Shown here one piece after another: positions 19,761-28,983 of a DNA stretch of 64,000 bases (its first letter is position 1; every line of letters starts with the position of its first letter). Position numbers and translations under genes: made by a program. This stretch comes from an uncultured Solirubrobacteraceae bacterium (GTDB lineage: Bacteria; Actinomycetota; Thermoleophilia; Solirubrobacterales; Solirubrobacteraceae). The notes beneath the pieces were generated by a model. That model had not been told where the DNA came from. It did no database searches and saw only the letters and a list, made by a program, of their open reading frames with translations. Where the stretch lies: NCBI GenBank assembly GCA_963808675.1, contig CAWEGS010000007.1:457760-521759 (forward strand), given 5' to 3'.

Positions 19761-19786
19761 TATACTAAACCAGATGGTTAAGTATA
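19761..19786. promoter_or_regulatory. Palindromic ArsR-type operator overlapping the -10 box and ATG
   Basis: TATACTAAACCA-GA-TGGTTAAGTATA. Confidence 0.75.
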
Positions 19787-20118
19787 GCCCTGGTTCGGCC
19801 ACACTCAACGGCGTGTTCTCGGCGCTCGCGGACCCGACGCGGAGAGCCATTCTGGTACGGCTGGCCGAGGGCGAAGCGTCGGTGTCCGAGCTGGCTCGCC
19901 CGTTCGACGTGTCACTCCCCGCAATCACCAAGCATCTAGGGGTCCTGGAGCGCGCCGGCCTGCTCGAGCACCACAAGGAGGGGAGGGTGCGCCACTGCCG
20001 ACTTGTGGCCACGCCGATGCGTGCCGCAGACGCGTGGCTCGGCGACTACCGCGTGTTCTGGGAGCAGCGCCTGGATTCCCTCATCGATCATCTCAACTCA
20101 AGACAGGAGGAGCAATGA
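19774..20118 (+). CDS. ArsR/SmtB family transcriptional regulator
   Basis: FSALADPTRRAIL, SVSELA, KHLGVLERAGL, EGRVR. Confidence 0.93.
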   Translation: MVKYSPGSATLNGVFSALADPTRRAILVRLAEGEASVSELARPFDVSLPAITKHLGVLERAGLLEHHKEGRVRHCRLVATPMRAADAWLGDYRVFWEQRLDSLIDHLNSRQEEQ

Positions 20119-20582
20119 CCCCTGAAGCCGCCGACCAGGAACCGGTTCGGCTGACCCGTCTGATCGAGGCGCCGCGCGAAGAGGTCTTCCGCGCTTGGAC
20201 TGACCCGGAACAGCTGCGGCGATGGTGGGGACCGGGCGCGTTCACCTGCCCAGAAGCCGAGGTCGACCTTCGCCCAGGCGGCACCTACCGGCTCGTGATG
20301 GCCCCTACCGAGGGTGATGCGTTCGTTCTCGGCGGCACCTACCGCGAGGTTGACCCACCCGCGCGGCTGGTCTACACGTGGCGATGGGAGACCGGTCCCG
20401 CGGCTGACGGCTCCGAGTCGCTCGTCACGGTCGAGTTCCGCGAACATGGAGATGCGACGGAACTCGTCCTGACCCACGCCGAGTTTCCCGCGAGTCATGG
20501 GCCGGCTCCGTATGCGATGGGCTGGGAGGGCGGCCTGGAGAAGTTCGAAGCCCTGCTGGCTGGGAGCGTCGCCGATGCCTGA
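20115..20582 (+). CDS. SRPBCC/AHSA1-like domain protein
   Basis: APREEVFRAWTDPE..RWWGP, DLRPGG, GW; ATGA overlap with the ArsR gene. Confidence 0.9.
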   Translation: MTPEAADQEPVRLTRLIEAPREEVFRAWTDPEQLRRWWGPGAFTCPEAEVDLRPGGTYRLVMAPTEGDAFVLGGTYREVDPPARLVYTWRWETGPAADGSESLVTVEFREHGDATELVLTHAEFPASHGPAPYAMGWEGGLEKFEALLAGSVADA

Positions 20583-21001
20583 GGCCACCAACAGCATCGA
20601 GATCCACCGCCCGCCCGCGGAGGTCTTCGCGTTCCTGGCCGACGGAGCCAACGAACCGGCTGTGGCGCAGCGGCGTGCTGGACATCCACCTCAGGTCCGG
20701 CCAGGGGAAGGGCGCCGTGTACGAGCAGGGCGTCAAGGGCCCGTTCGGCCGGCGCGTCGCCGCCGACTACGAGATCACCAGCCACGAGCCGAACCACCGT
20801 TTGGCGTTCCGCGCTATCGCCGGCCCGGTCAGACCCGAAGGCGTCTACGAACTCGAACCCGTCGACGGCGGCACGCGCGTGACCTTCTCGCTGCGCTGCT
20901 CCCCGACAGGGCTGGCAAAGCTCATGACGCCGATGGTCGCCAACACGATGCGCGCCGAGGTCGCTCAGCTGGACAACCTGCGCGCCACCCTCGAAACGTA
21001 A
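20575..21001 (+). CDS. SRPBCC (polyketide cyclase-like) protein, frameshifted near 20660
   Basis: IEIHRPPAEVFAFLAD...EITSHEPN...GGTRVT...LDNLRATLE. Confidence 0.8.
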
Positions 21002-21077
21002 CCAACTCAGTCCGCGCGGACCGGGACCGGGTCGCTTCGATGGGAAGCACGCTCCAGGTCCCGGAAACCGGTGCCTG

Positions 21078-21968
21078 TCATGTGTGGGTGTGGCGCTTGA
21101 TGGTTTCGAGCATCGCGCGGGTGGCGGCGCTCAGCCGCCGGTTTGCCGGGATCGCGATTGATGTCTGGAACTGGGGCGGGTGACCTCTGATCGGGACGAA
21201 TGCAATGTCGCCGTCGGTCTCGACGAATGATGCGGGCAGCATGCCGATGGCCAGCTTGTTGCGGATCAGTTCAACCATGGTGGCGGTGTCGTTGACTTCG
21301 TAGGTGATCGTGCGGGTCACGCCGGCGGCGATGAACGACCGGTCGACCGCCATGCGGGTGCCCCATCCCGCCGGGAGGTCGACCACCGCTTCCTCGGTCA
21401 GCGAGGCGAGCCTGATGCCGGTGCGGTTGGCGAGGGGATCCTCAGCCGGCACCGCGAGCATGATCGGCTCGCTGGCGAGCGGAATCAGGTCCACGCCGGG
21501 AGGGCCGTCGCCTGGCAGCGCGACGAATGCGAGGTCGAGGCGTCCCTCCCGGACCGCGGCCGTCATCTCGCTGGAGCCGCCCGCGTGGCGGAGCTTCACC
21601 TCGACTCGGGGGTGCTCGGCGCGGAACGCGGCGAGCATCCCGGCGAGGTCGATCGCCCGCATGCCCTGGGCCTGCATCGTGCCGAGCACGACCGTTCCGC
21701 GCAGGCCACCGCGGGCCTCGTCGACAGCATCCCGAGCCGCCTGCGCGGCGGCCAGCGTCGCGCGCGCTTCGGGTAGCAGCGCGCGCCCGGCGTCGGTCAG
21801 CTTGACGCGGTGGGTCGAGCGGTCGAACAGCATCGCGCCGAGTTCCCTTTCGAGCTTGCGCACGCCGGCAGACACGGCTGACTGGACGACGTGGAGGCGA
21901 TCAGCGGCGCGGGTGAAGCTGGCCTCTTCGGCGACTGCGACGAAGGTGGCGAGCTGCCGTAGCTCCAC
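21078..21968 (-). CDS. LysR family transcriptional regulator
   Basis: ELRQLATFVAVAEEASFTRAA..LHVVQSAVS; 296 aa. Confidence 0.95.
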   Translation of the reverse strand: MELRQLATFVAVAEEASFTRAADRLHVVQSAVSAGVRKLERELGAMLFDRSTHRVKLTDAGRALLPEARATLAAAQAARDAVDEARGGLRGTVVLGTMQAQGMRAIDLAGMLAAFRAEHPRVEVKLRHAGGSSEMTAAVREGRLDLAFVALPGDGPPGVDLIPLASEPIMLAVPAEDPLANRTGIRLASLTEEAVVDLPAGWGTRMAVDRSFIAAGVTRTITYEVNDTATMVELIRNKLAIGMLPASFVETDGDIAFVPIRGHPPQFQTSIAIPANRRLSAATRAMLETIKRHTHT

Positions 21969-21976
21969 TCCTCCAG

Positions 21977-21997
21977 GTTATCGCCAACCGCGATAAC
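21977..21997. promoter_or_regulatory. LysR-type recognition palindrome between the divergent LysR and MFS genes
   Basis: GTTATCGC-N5-GCGATAAC. Confidence 0.6.
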
Positions 21998-22054
21998 GGT
22001 GAGCATTGTTTTGCGTTGAACGCGATCAGGTTGTGGGCGATCCTGAATACCGCA

Positions 22055-23302
22055 ATGGAACGCACCGAATTCGCAGCAGCCTCACGAGCGCGACGCAGCG
22101 GTTTCGGGTTCTGGGCGGTCGCGCTCGCGTTCATGACCGCGATGGCATTCACGACCGTGCCGACGCCGCTGTGGTCGCTGTATGCACAGCGCGATCGCTT
22201 CTCGTCGCTGACGGTCACGGTCGTATTCGCGGTCTACGCGCTGGCGGTCGCGGTCAGCTTGTTCCTCGTCGGCCACCTCTCCGACTGGTACGGCCGTCGC
22301 CGGGTGCTGCTGCCGGCGCTCGTGCTGGAGATCCTCGCCGGCGTCGTGCTTCCTGGTCTGGCCGGCGCTCCCGGGGCTGCTGCTCGCGCGGGTGTTGAGC
22401 GGCCTCGGCGTGGGCGCGGTGACCGCGACGGCCATGGCCTGGCTGTCAGAGCTGGGTGGCGCGGGAAGCCGGCGTGCGCAGGTGGTCGCGACCGGCGCGA
22501 ACCTGGGCGGGCTCGGTCTGGGCGGGTTGATCTCCGGAGTGCTGGCGCAATGGGCCGGACGACCCGCTGATCGTGCCGTTCGTGGTGTTCACCGGGGCGC
22601 TGCTGCTCGCGTGGGTGGCGCTCCTGGCCGCGCCGGAGACCCGCGGCCGGCGGTCGCCGCGGCCGCGCTACCGGCCCCAGCGCGTTTCGGTGTCCGGCGG
22701 CCTCGCGCGGTCGGTTCTTCGCCGCCGCGCTCGGCGCCGGGATCACATTCGCGGTGTTCGGCCTGTTGACCTCGCTGGCGCCGAGCTTCCTGGCCGGGAC
22801 GCTGCATCGAACCCTCGCACGCGCTGGCCGGTGCGGTCTCGTTTGCCGTGTTCGCGACGGCGGCGCTCGCGCAGACGCTGACGGGTTCCCGGTCCTCGCA
22901 GCAGCTGCTGGCCGCCGCGATCCCGGCGCTGCTCGGCCGGGCTCGGCTTGCTGACGATCGCGGTCTGGTTGGCCTCTCCCAGCTTTGGCGTGTTCCTGGC
23001 CGGTGACATCGTCGTCGGCGCGGGCGGGGGTTTGATGTTCAAGGGCGCGATCGCGACGGTCTCGGAGATCTCCTCCCAGGAGCACCGCGCCGAGGCGCTC
23101 GCCGGCCTGTTCCTCGCCGCCTACCTCGGGCTCTCCGGGCCGGTGATCGGCCTCGGCGCGCTGACTCAGATCGCCTCCACCGCGTCAGCCTGCTCGTGTT
23201 CGCCGGGGCTGCTCGCCCTCGGGATCCTCGCGGCCACACCCAGCGCTGCTCGGCCGTCCCGCCAGCCATCCGTCCTCGCAACCACAACCCACCTCCACAT
23301 GA
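22055..23302 (+). CDS. MFS transporter with multiple frameshifts
   Basis: PTPLWSLY, GHLSDWYGRR (motif A); TM segments are spread across several frames. Confidence 0.8.
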
Positions 23303-24196
23303 CAGGAGCAACGACGCAACAGACAGCACTCAAGACAACACAACTCGGGTACACGGGCATGGAGATCACGCGCGTCGGGTTCGGCGCGTGGGCGATCGGA
23401 GGGGGCGGTTGGGAGTTCGGCTGGGGCCCGCAGGACGATGAGGAGTCGATCGGCGCGATCCACCGGGCGCTCGAGCAGGGGATCAACTGGATCGACACCG
23501 CCGCGGCCTACGGCTTCGGCCGCTCGGAGCAGATCGTCGGACGCGCGCTGCATGGCCTCGAGCGAGCGCCCGTACGTGTTCACCAAGGCCTCGTTGCTCG
23601 AAGGCCTCGACCGCCGCGTCGTGCACAGCCTGAAGCGCGACTCGATCCTGCGCGAGGCGCACGACAGCCTCAGGCGACTCGGGGTCGACGCGATCGACCT
23701 CTACCAAATCCACTGGCCGATCCCGACGGCAGAGAGGAGGGCTGGCCGCTCGCCGAGATCGAGGAGGGTCGTGGGCCACGGCGCAATCGTCGAGCGCTGC
23801 GAGCGTCGAGCATCGGGAGAGCTCCTGCCGTTCGCCGAGCGCGAAGGGACCGGCGTGATCGTGTACTCGCCGATGGGTTCCGGGCTGCTGACCGGGAAGA
23901 TGACGCGAGAGCGGATCGAACAGCTGCCCGAGGACGATTGGCGCAAGCGCGATCTCCGCTTCAACGAGCCGCAGCTGTCCGGGCACCTCGACCTGGTTGA
24001 GCGGCTGACGGCGATCGCCGATCGCCACGACACCACCCCCGGCGCGGTCGCGGTCGCCTGGACACTGCGCAATCCGGCCGTCGACGGCGCAATCATCGGC
24101 TTCCGGCGCCCCGAGCAGGTGGACCCGATCATCGGCGCCGCGAACCTCGAGCTCAGCGACGAGGACCTCAGCCAGATCGAAGGGGGTGCGCGATGA
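23299..24196 (+). CDS. Aldo/keto reductase, frameshifted and garbled at ~23560-23820
   Basis: GFGAWAIGG, GINWIDTAAAYG, IDLYQIHWP, YSPMGSGLLTG. Confidence 0.85.
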
Positions 24197-24290
24197 GGAG
24201 CCGGATGACACGCGCGGCCGCCCTCCAGGCGAGCCCGGATGGCGAGCGGCGGCCGATCGCGTGCGGGATGAGTGCGGTCAGCCCAGAGAT

Positions 24291-25667
24291 CTATCGGCCC
24301 GGCGTCCCGTCGATGGTGATCCCTTCCGATCCGATGCGGAATTCTCGGACCCGGGGATCATTGCCGGTCGCGCGTGTCTTGAGCGCGGTGATGGCGCGGC
24401 GGATGGTCGACTCATCCCGGATGTACTGGAGGATGAGCACGTTGTCGGAGAGGTGGGAGACGCCGTATTCAGAGAGGCGATTGACGGCGAACAGGTCTGG
24501 GAGTTCGGTGGTCATGAACAGGCTGACGCCTGTCCGGGAGCAGCGTTGGATCAGTGAGTACATGTATTCGCGAAAGCGGACCTCGTCGCCGCTGGCGAAC
24601 AGCACGTCGGTGAGGCTGTCGATCAGAACGCGCTTGGCTCCCAGCCGGTCGATCGCATCCAGGAGCTCGTAGATCCACTCATCGACGTAGAGGTCGACCG
24701 GTGAGCGGTACATCATCGTCACGGAGTCATCGAGCGTCCAGCCGAACGCTCGCGCAACGCGCGTGAGCTGGGTGGGATTCTCCTGGAGGCTCGCGATGAT
24801 CCCAGGCTCACCTGCGCCAGCGCCGGCGACGATGAAGTGCAGTCCCATGAGAGTCTTTCCGACGCCCGATGGACCTGCGCACAGCGTTGACGAGCCCGGC
24901 CAGTAGCCATCGGTGAGCATGTCATCGAGGGCGTCGATGCCCGTTGACGCTCGCTCGGTACCGAGGTCGTAGCTCGAGGCGTCGACGGTATCGGCCAGGC
25001 GGGGGAAGGCGCTCAAGCCGGCGGCGCTGATGCGATACGCGTGCCGGCCGGAGAGGTAGTTGCTGCCGCGGAGCTTGATCACCTCGAGAAGGCGACTGGA
25101 GCGCTCACCCGATCGGTGGTACCCCAAGCCGACGATGCTGTCGGCGACCGCGGCCTCAGGCTCGCCGGAAATCGTGTCGAGGTCGTATTCGCCCAGCCAA
25201 AAGCTCGAGCCGGCCACAGCGCTGGTGTCCGCCGCGAGCTCGAAAAGGAAGCTTCGAAAGTCGCGCTGGGTCGCCGCATATGCCGCGAGGGCCTTGAAAC
25301 TGTCGATGATCAGGATGCCTGGATGCCGCTCACGCAGGACCGCGCGCAGCCGCTCGAGTGTGCGCGGCAAGCCGCCTTCCTCGAGATCTTCGCCGAGGCT
25401 TTCATAGAACACGCGGTCTCCGACGCTGGCGACATCGAAGAACTCGAGGCTCTGGCCAAAGCGGACCAGCTTGTCAAGCGGCTCAGAAACCGTCGAGAGA
25501 TATACGGCAGGCCGCGCCACCGTCGCGTTGGCGAACGCGTATTGCTCGGCGAGAATCGTCTTGCCGCTACCCGGCGCTCCCGCGATCAGGTGGATCGCGT
25601 TTCCAGGCAGCCCGCCGCCGAGAATCGCGTCAAGCCGGCCGTTTCCGCTTAGGAGACGGTCGTCCAC
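24291..25667 (-). CDS. KaiC-like double RecA-domain ATPase
   Basis: Two Walker A motifs (GAPGSGKT, GPSGVGKT), Walker B IIDS and LIDS, KLRG and KTRA Arg fingers, FPR linker; 458 aa. Confidence 0.92.
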   Translation of the reverse strand: MDDRLLSGNGRLDAILGGGLPGNAIHLIAGAPGSGKTILAEQYAFANATVARPAVYLSTVSEPLDKLVRFGQSLEFFDVASVGDRVFYESLGEDLEEGGLPRTLERLRAVLRERHPGILIIDSFKALAAYAATQRDFRSFLFELAADTSAVAGSSFWLGEYDLDTISGEPEAAVADSIVGLGYHRSGERSSRLLEVIKLRGSNYLSGRHAYRISAAGLSAFPRLADTVDASSYDLGTERASTGIDALDDMLTDGYWPGSSTLCAGPSGVGKTLMGLHFIVAGAGAGEPGIIASLQENPTQLTRVARAFGWTLDDSVTMMYRSPVDLYVDEWIYELLDAIDRLGAKRVLIDSLTDVLFASGDEVRFREYMYSLIQRCSRTGVSLFMTTELPDLFAVNRLSEYGVSHLSDNVLILQYIRDESTIRRAITALKTRATGNDPRVREFRIGSEGITIDGTPGR

Positions 25668-26317
25668 TGTCGAATCGACCCTCGCGGGCTGATCGCGCTC
25701 GTCCCGAGCAGGTCACGAACGGTTGACGCGAAAACCAGCGGGTCGATCGGTTTCTGCAGGAATGCCGAAGCACCGAACCCGGCAGCCACCTCGCGCGCCG
25801 CGAGCGGGGAAACCGCGATCACCGTCGCTCCGGCTTCAGTCAGCCGTTGGATCAGCCGGCCGCCGACGCCTCCCGAGAGCAGCAACTCGACGACCACGAT
25901 GTGTGGCCCGAGCTCGTCAAACTTTTGCTCGGCCTCCTCGGCGGAGGAGGCAATCTCCACCCGAAATCCTTCTGTGCGGAGAAGATAATCCTGGAGACTC
26001 GCCGAAAAACGGTCGCGCTCTGCGATCAGGATCAGTATCCCCGTCTGCTCCTCACCCAGGCCCGCGGCAGTCGTCTCACCGCCTCGATCGATTTGCTCGG
26101 CGAGCAGACGATGAGCATCGCCGGGCGAAAACCCCTGGTCGATCTGCTCGACGACGAACGATAGTTGCGCGAGCTGGATGCGCGTATACCGCCGCTGCCC
26201 ACCCGAGCTGCGGACCGCGATCACGAGCCCATAGCGCTCTTCCCAGGTACGCAGAGTCGAGACGGGCACGCCGACCATCCGCGAGACGACCCCGATGCTG
26301 TACAGAGCCGGCTCCAC
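25649..26317 (-). CDS. MerR-family (CarH/MlrA-type) HTH fused to an atypical receiver domain
   Basis: YSIGVVSRMVGVPVSTLRTWEERYGL..RSSGGQRRY; the receiver part reads LIAERD...VVVE...AVS...QKP. Confidence 0.85.
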   Translation of the reverse strand: MEPALYSIGVVSRMVGVPVSTLRTWEERYGLVIAVRSSGGQRRYTRIQLAQLSFVVEQIDQGFSPGDAHRLLAEQIDRGGETTAAGLGEEQTGILILIAERDRFSASLQDYLLRTEGFRVEIASSAEEAEQKFDELGPHIVVVELLLSGGVGGRLIQRLTEAGATVIAVSPLAAREVAAGFGASAFLQKPIDPLVFASTVRDLLGTSAISPRGSIRQWTTVS

Positions 26318-26376
26318 AGGTCAAGCGTACGGTGTGGCAGCGGGCCGGCTCGAGCCGGCCTGATGCGTTCTGGGGC

Positions 26377-26760
26377 TCACGGGCAACGACGGGGTAGATC
26401 CGCCATCGAAGGCAAGGGTGCGAGCGGGTCGCAGTCGCTCGAGATGATCGGAAGGTGAGCGCGCACGCCAGTCAGGTCCAGCATTCGCTCCACTGCGCGT
26501 GAGCCATTGATCATCCGCAACCGATCAACGCCCGCACACGCGCCGCGCATCCGGATCAGCAGGTGGATCCCGGTCGAGTCGATGAAGCTCAGCTCCCTGA
26601 GGTCCACAACGATCATCTCGGCATCGTGATCCCTGACGGCGGCGTCGAATGCGCTTTCAAGCAGCGGCACAGTCGCGAGATCGAGCTCACCAATCGGCGT
26701 CAGGCGGAGAACCCCACCCTCGCTCGTCTCGCGCACCGACAACGGGCCCTGCGTGATCAT
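26377..26760 (-). CDS. STAS domain protein (anti-sigma factor antagonist)
   Basis: GELDLAT, VVDLRELSFIDSTG (phosphorylatable Ser retained); GGAGGTGA RBS. Confidence 0.92.
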   Translation of the reverse strand: MITQGPLSVRETSEGGVLRLTPIGELDLATVPLLESAFDAAVRDHDAEMIVVDLRELSFIDSTGIHLLIRMRGACAGVDRLRMINGSRAVERMLDLTGVRAHLPIISSDCDPLAPLPSMADLPRRCP

Positions 26761-26842
26761 GGCTCACCTCCCCACACGAGAATGTCAGAAACACGCTCCG
26801 GTCGGCCGCACATCGTCGGCCGCGCCGGTCCTGCGGTTCGCG

Positions 26843-26893
26843 ATCATATACCTCCTCAATAGCTCAGTCAACCCTCTGCAATAGCTTCGACAA
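26843..26893 (-). promoter_or_regulatory. Near-consensus sigma-70 promoter overlaid by ~11-bp-periodic direct repeats
   Basis: TTGACT (26871-26866), 17 nt, TATGAT (26848-26843). Plus-strand CAA units start at 26857, 26869, 26879 and 26891; CAATAGCT is repeated 22 bp apart. Confidence 0.75.
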
Positions 26894-26935
26894 ACGCACA
26901 CTGATCCCGCCACCACCTGCACTCCCGGAAAGATG

Positions 26936-26960
26936 TCCGGCTCGCCTAGGGCGAGCCGGA
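26936..26960 (-). terminator. GC-rich hairpin after the membrane protein gene
   Basis: TCCGGCTCGCC-TAG-GGCGAGCCGGA, a perfect 11-bp stem with no U-tract. Confidence 0.55.
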
Positions 26961-26982
26961 TTGACCACCGAGTGGGGAACCG

Positions 26983-27510
26983 TCAGGCGGCGGCTGGGAC
27001 CACTGAGGCCGGGGCGGGGCCGGACTGGGTGAACCGGTTCGTTCGCAGATAGACGGTGGACAGCCGGGCCCCGACCTCGCACAGCGCCATCAGGACCATC
27101 GCGGTCGGCCAGGCGGCAGCGGTGATGTGATGGGTGATGCTGAAGCTCCTGACGGCCGGCTCGAGGCCGTGGGTGAGCGCGAACGCGAACACCATCCGGG
27201 AGCTGATCCCGGCGACGAGCAGGATCCCGGCCAGCCAGCCGACCCGAGCGAACGCGACGCCGTCCTCGCCGTGGCGGATGCTGGTCGCCCAGCCCGAGAC
27301 GGTGCCGAGCGTGATCCCCACGCAGGCCAGCCCGGCGACCAGGAGCAGGTCGTCGCCGGCCGTCGGCAGCGCGTGCAGGTACTGGGAGGCGACCCAGATC
27401 ACGAGCACGACCGGGACCGCGAAGTAGCGCCGATCGATCTTCCGCTCGTGCGCTTGGCGGACGACGATGAACACGAACAGCAGGTTGATGAGGTAATCGA
27501 TGGTGGTCAT
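26983..27510 (-). CDS. Integral membrane protein (DUF1453/CcdC-like)
   Basis: Five to six hydrophobic helices, starting MTTIDYLINLL. Confidence 0.7.
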   Translation of the reverse strand: MTTIDYLINLLFVFIVVRQAHERKIDRRYFAVPVVLVIWVASQYLHALPTAGDDLLLVAGLACVGITLGTVSGWATSIRHGEDGVAFARVGWLAGILLVAGISSRMVFAFALTHGLEPAVRSFSITHHITAAAWPTAMVLMALCEVGARLSTVYLRTNRFTQSGPAPASVVPAAA

Positions 27511-27670
27511 AGGCCCATGATCGACCTCTGCGCCCCCGCTGTCGTCGGCGCGCGGGTTGACAGCCGGGTTGATCCTCATCTCAACCCACGGGTCGAGCCG
27601 AGACGCACTCGGCGGGTTGCAGAGCGGGAAGGCGCCCTCACCCGCGACGTTGTCGACGAGTGGGATGCGC

Positions 27671-28498
27671 TCAGAAGGGCTGCCACTCGGTTCCGTACCG
27701 CGGACAGCTGAACTCCGCCGGCGGGTGCGCCGAGCGCTCGATCACGAGCAGGTACGGGTAGCGGTGCACCGACTGCACGAGTGCCTGGAACGGGGTCGCG
27801 ATTGTGCGGGACTCGAGTCGGTCCGGGGCGTTCCAGGCGTCGAGGTGGCGGAGCATCCCCGCGAGGTAGTCGTGCATCGGGTTGTGGATGCCGGCGATGT
27901 CCTCGCAGACGTAGACGCCGCCGGGGCTGAGCCGCGGCAGCAGCGCCTCGAGCGTGGTGATCTGCTGGTCGATCTCGTGGCCGCCGTCGTCGATCACGAC
28001 GTCGATCGGGAGGTTGTCGCGGACGAAGCGCTGCCAGAACGCCGGGTCCGCCTGGTCACCGATCGTGATCGACACGCCCTCGCCCGCGTGTGCGCGGCAG
28101 GACTCAGCGATGTCGATCCCGTGGATGTGCGCCTCCGGGCCCAGGTACTCGCGCCACATCCCGAGGCTGCCGCCGCTGTACACCCCGATCTCGACGAGGT
28201 GGACGCCGGTTCCGACGAACTTGCCCAGGTGCCGCTCGTAGATGTCGTAGTAGTGGCGCCACTTCCACAGGCCGGGACCGGTGACGTGGGCCTGTGCGTA
28301 CGCGGCCAGCCGACCCGCTGAGGTGTCGTCTTCCCACGCGCGACCGCCCTCGCGCACAGGAGGGCCGAGCGACCGCGCGAACCGCCCGCCGGCCATCCGC
28401 AGCGCCGGCCGCCGGGCGAGCACGCGGATCGCCTTCGCCGCCCGCTCGCCGAGCGTCCGGGGCGCGGCGCGGTTGCCGATGATCGATCGGGATCTCAC
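27671..28498 (-). CDS. Class I SAM-dependent methyltransferase (sugar O-methyltransferase-like)
   Basis: KWRHYYDIYERH, EIGVYSGGS, GIDI, GDQAD, IDDGGH, GGVYVCED. Confidence 0.88.
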   Translation of the reverse strand: MRSRSIIGNRAAPRTLGERAAKAIRVLARRPALRMAGGRFARSLGPPVREGGRAWEDDTSAGRLAAYAQAHVTGPGLWKWRHYYDIYERHLGKFVGTGVHLVEIGVYSGGSLGMWREYLGPEAHIHGIDIAESCRAHAGEGVSITIGDQADPAFWQRFVRDNLPIDVVIDDGGHEIDQQITTLEALLPRLSPGGVYVCEDIAGIHNPMHDYLAGMLRHLDAWNAPDRLESRTIATPFQALVQSVHRYPYLLVIERSAHPPAEFSCPRYGTEWQPF

Positions 28499-28608
28499 GG
28501 GAGGCCGGCGTCCAGCACGGGCGGCCCAGGCTACCGTCCCTCACGCAGACATCCGATCCGGCAACGCGAACCGCGAGCCAGGAGCAGGCGGTCGCTACGC
28601 CAGGCGTC

Positions 28609-28983
28609 CTACAGGAGCGACATCTGCCGGTCGCTGACCGGCCTGGCGCCCGCCTCGCGCGCGAACAGACCGCCCCCGACCGGCCGCACGGGCCGCAGCA
28701 CCGGCGGGGTCGGTTGGGAGATCGCTCGCTGGCCGTCGTCGCTCTGGATGTACTCGACGAGGTGCTGATCGCGCAGCGAGCGGACTCGATGGCGCAGCTC
28801 GGACCGGGAGGCCCACTGGATCCGTGGCCGGCCGTGAAGGAACACCGCCACGGCCACATATGGCTCATCGGCGCAGGTGGCCACCATGCCGTAGTGCTGC
28901 CGACCGGACCGGCCGCGGATGGCCACCGGCGTCAGTCGTGAGAAATGATTCGCCTGCTGTGTTCGTATCGCTATCGCACCCAT
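28609..28983 (-). CDS. Hypothetical protein
   Basis: 124-aa ORF with plausible composition, ending QMSLL. Confidence 0.55.
   Translation of the reverse strand: MGAIAIRTQQANHFSRLTPVAIRGRSGRQHYGMVATCADEPYVAVAVFLHGRPRIQWASRSELRHRVRSLRDQHLVEYIQSDDGQRAISQPTPPVLRPVRPVGGGLFAREAGARPVSDRQMSLL

Noticed and set aside
24291-25667. True circadian clock kaiC, or RadA/RecA repair protein
   Set aside because: No kaiA or kaiB, no ST phosphosite pair and no C-terminal tail. It also lacks the RadA zinc finger and Lon-like domain.
25649-26317. CarH/LitR B12 photoreceptor
   Set aside because: No W-x9-EH or ExH cobalamin-binding motifs; the C-terminal domain is receiver-like.
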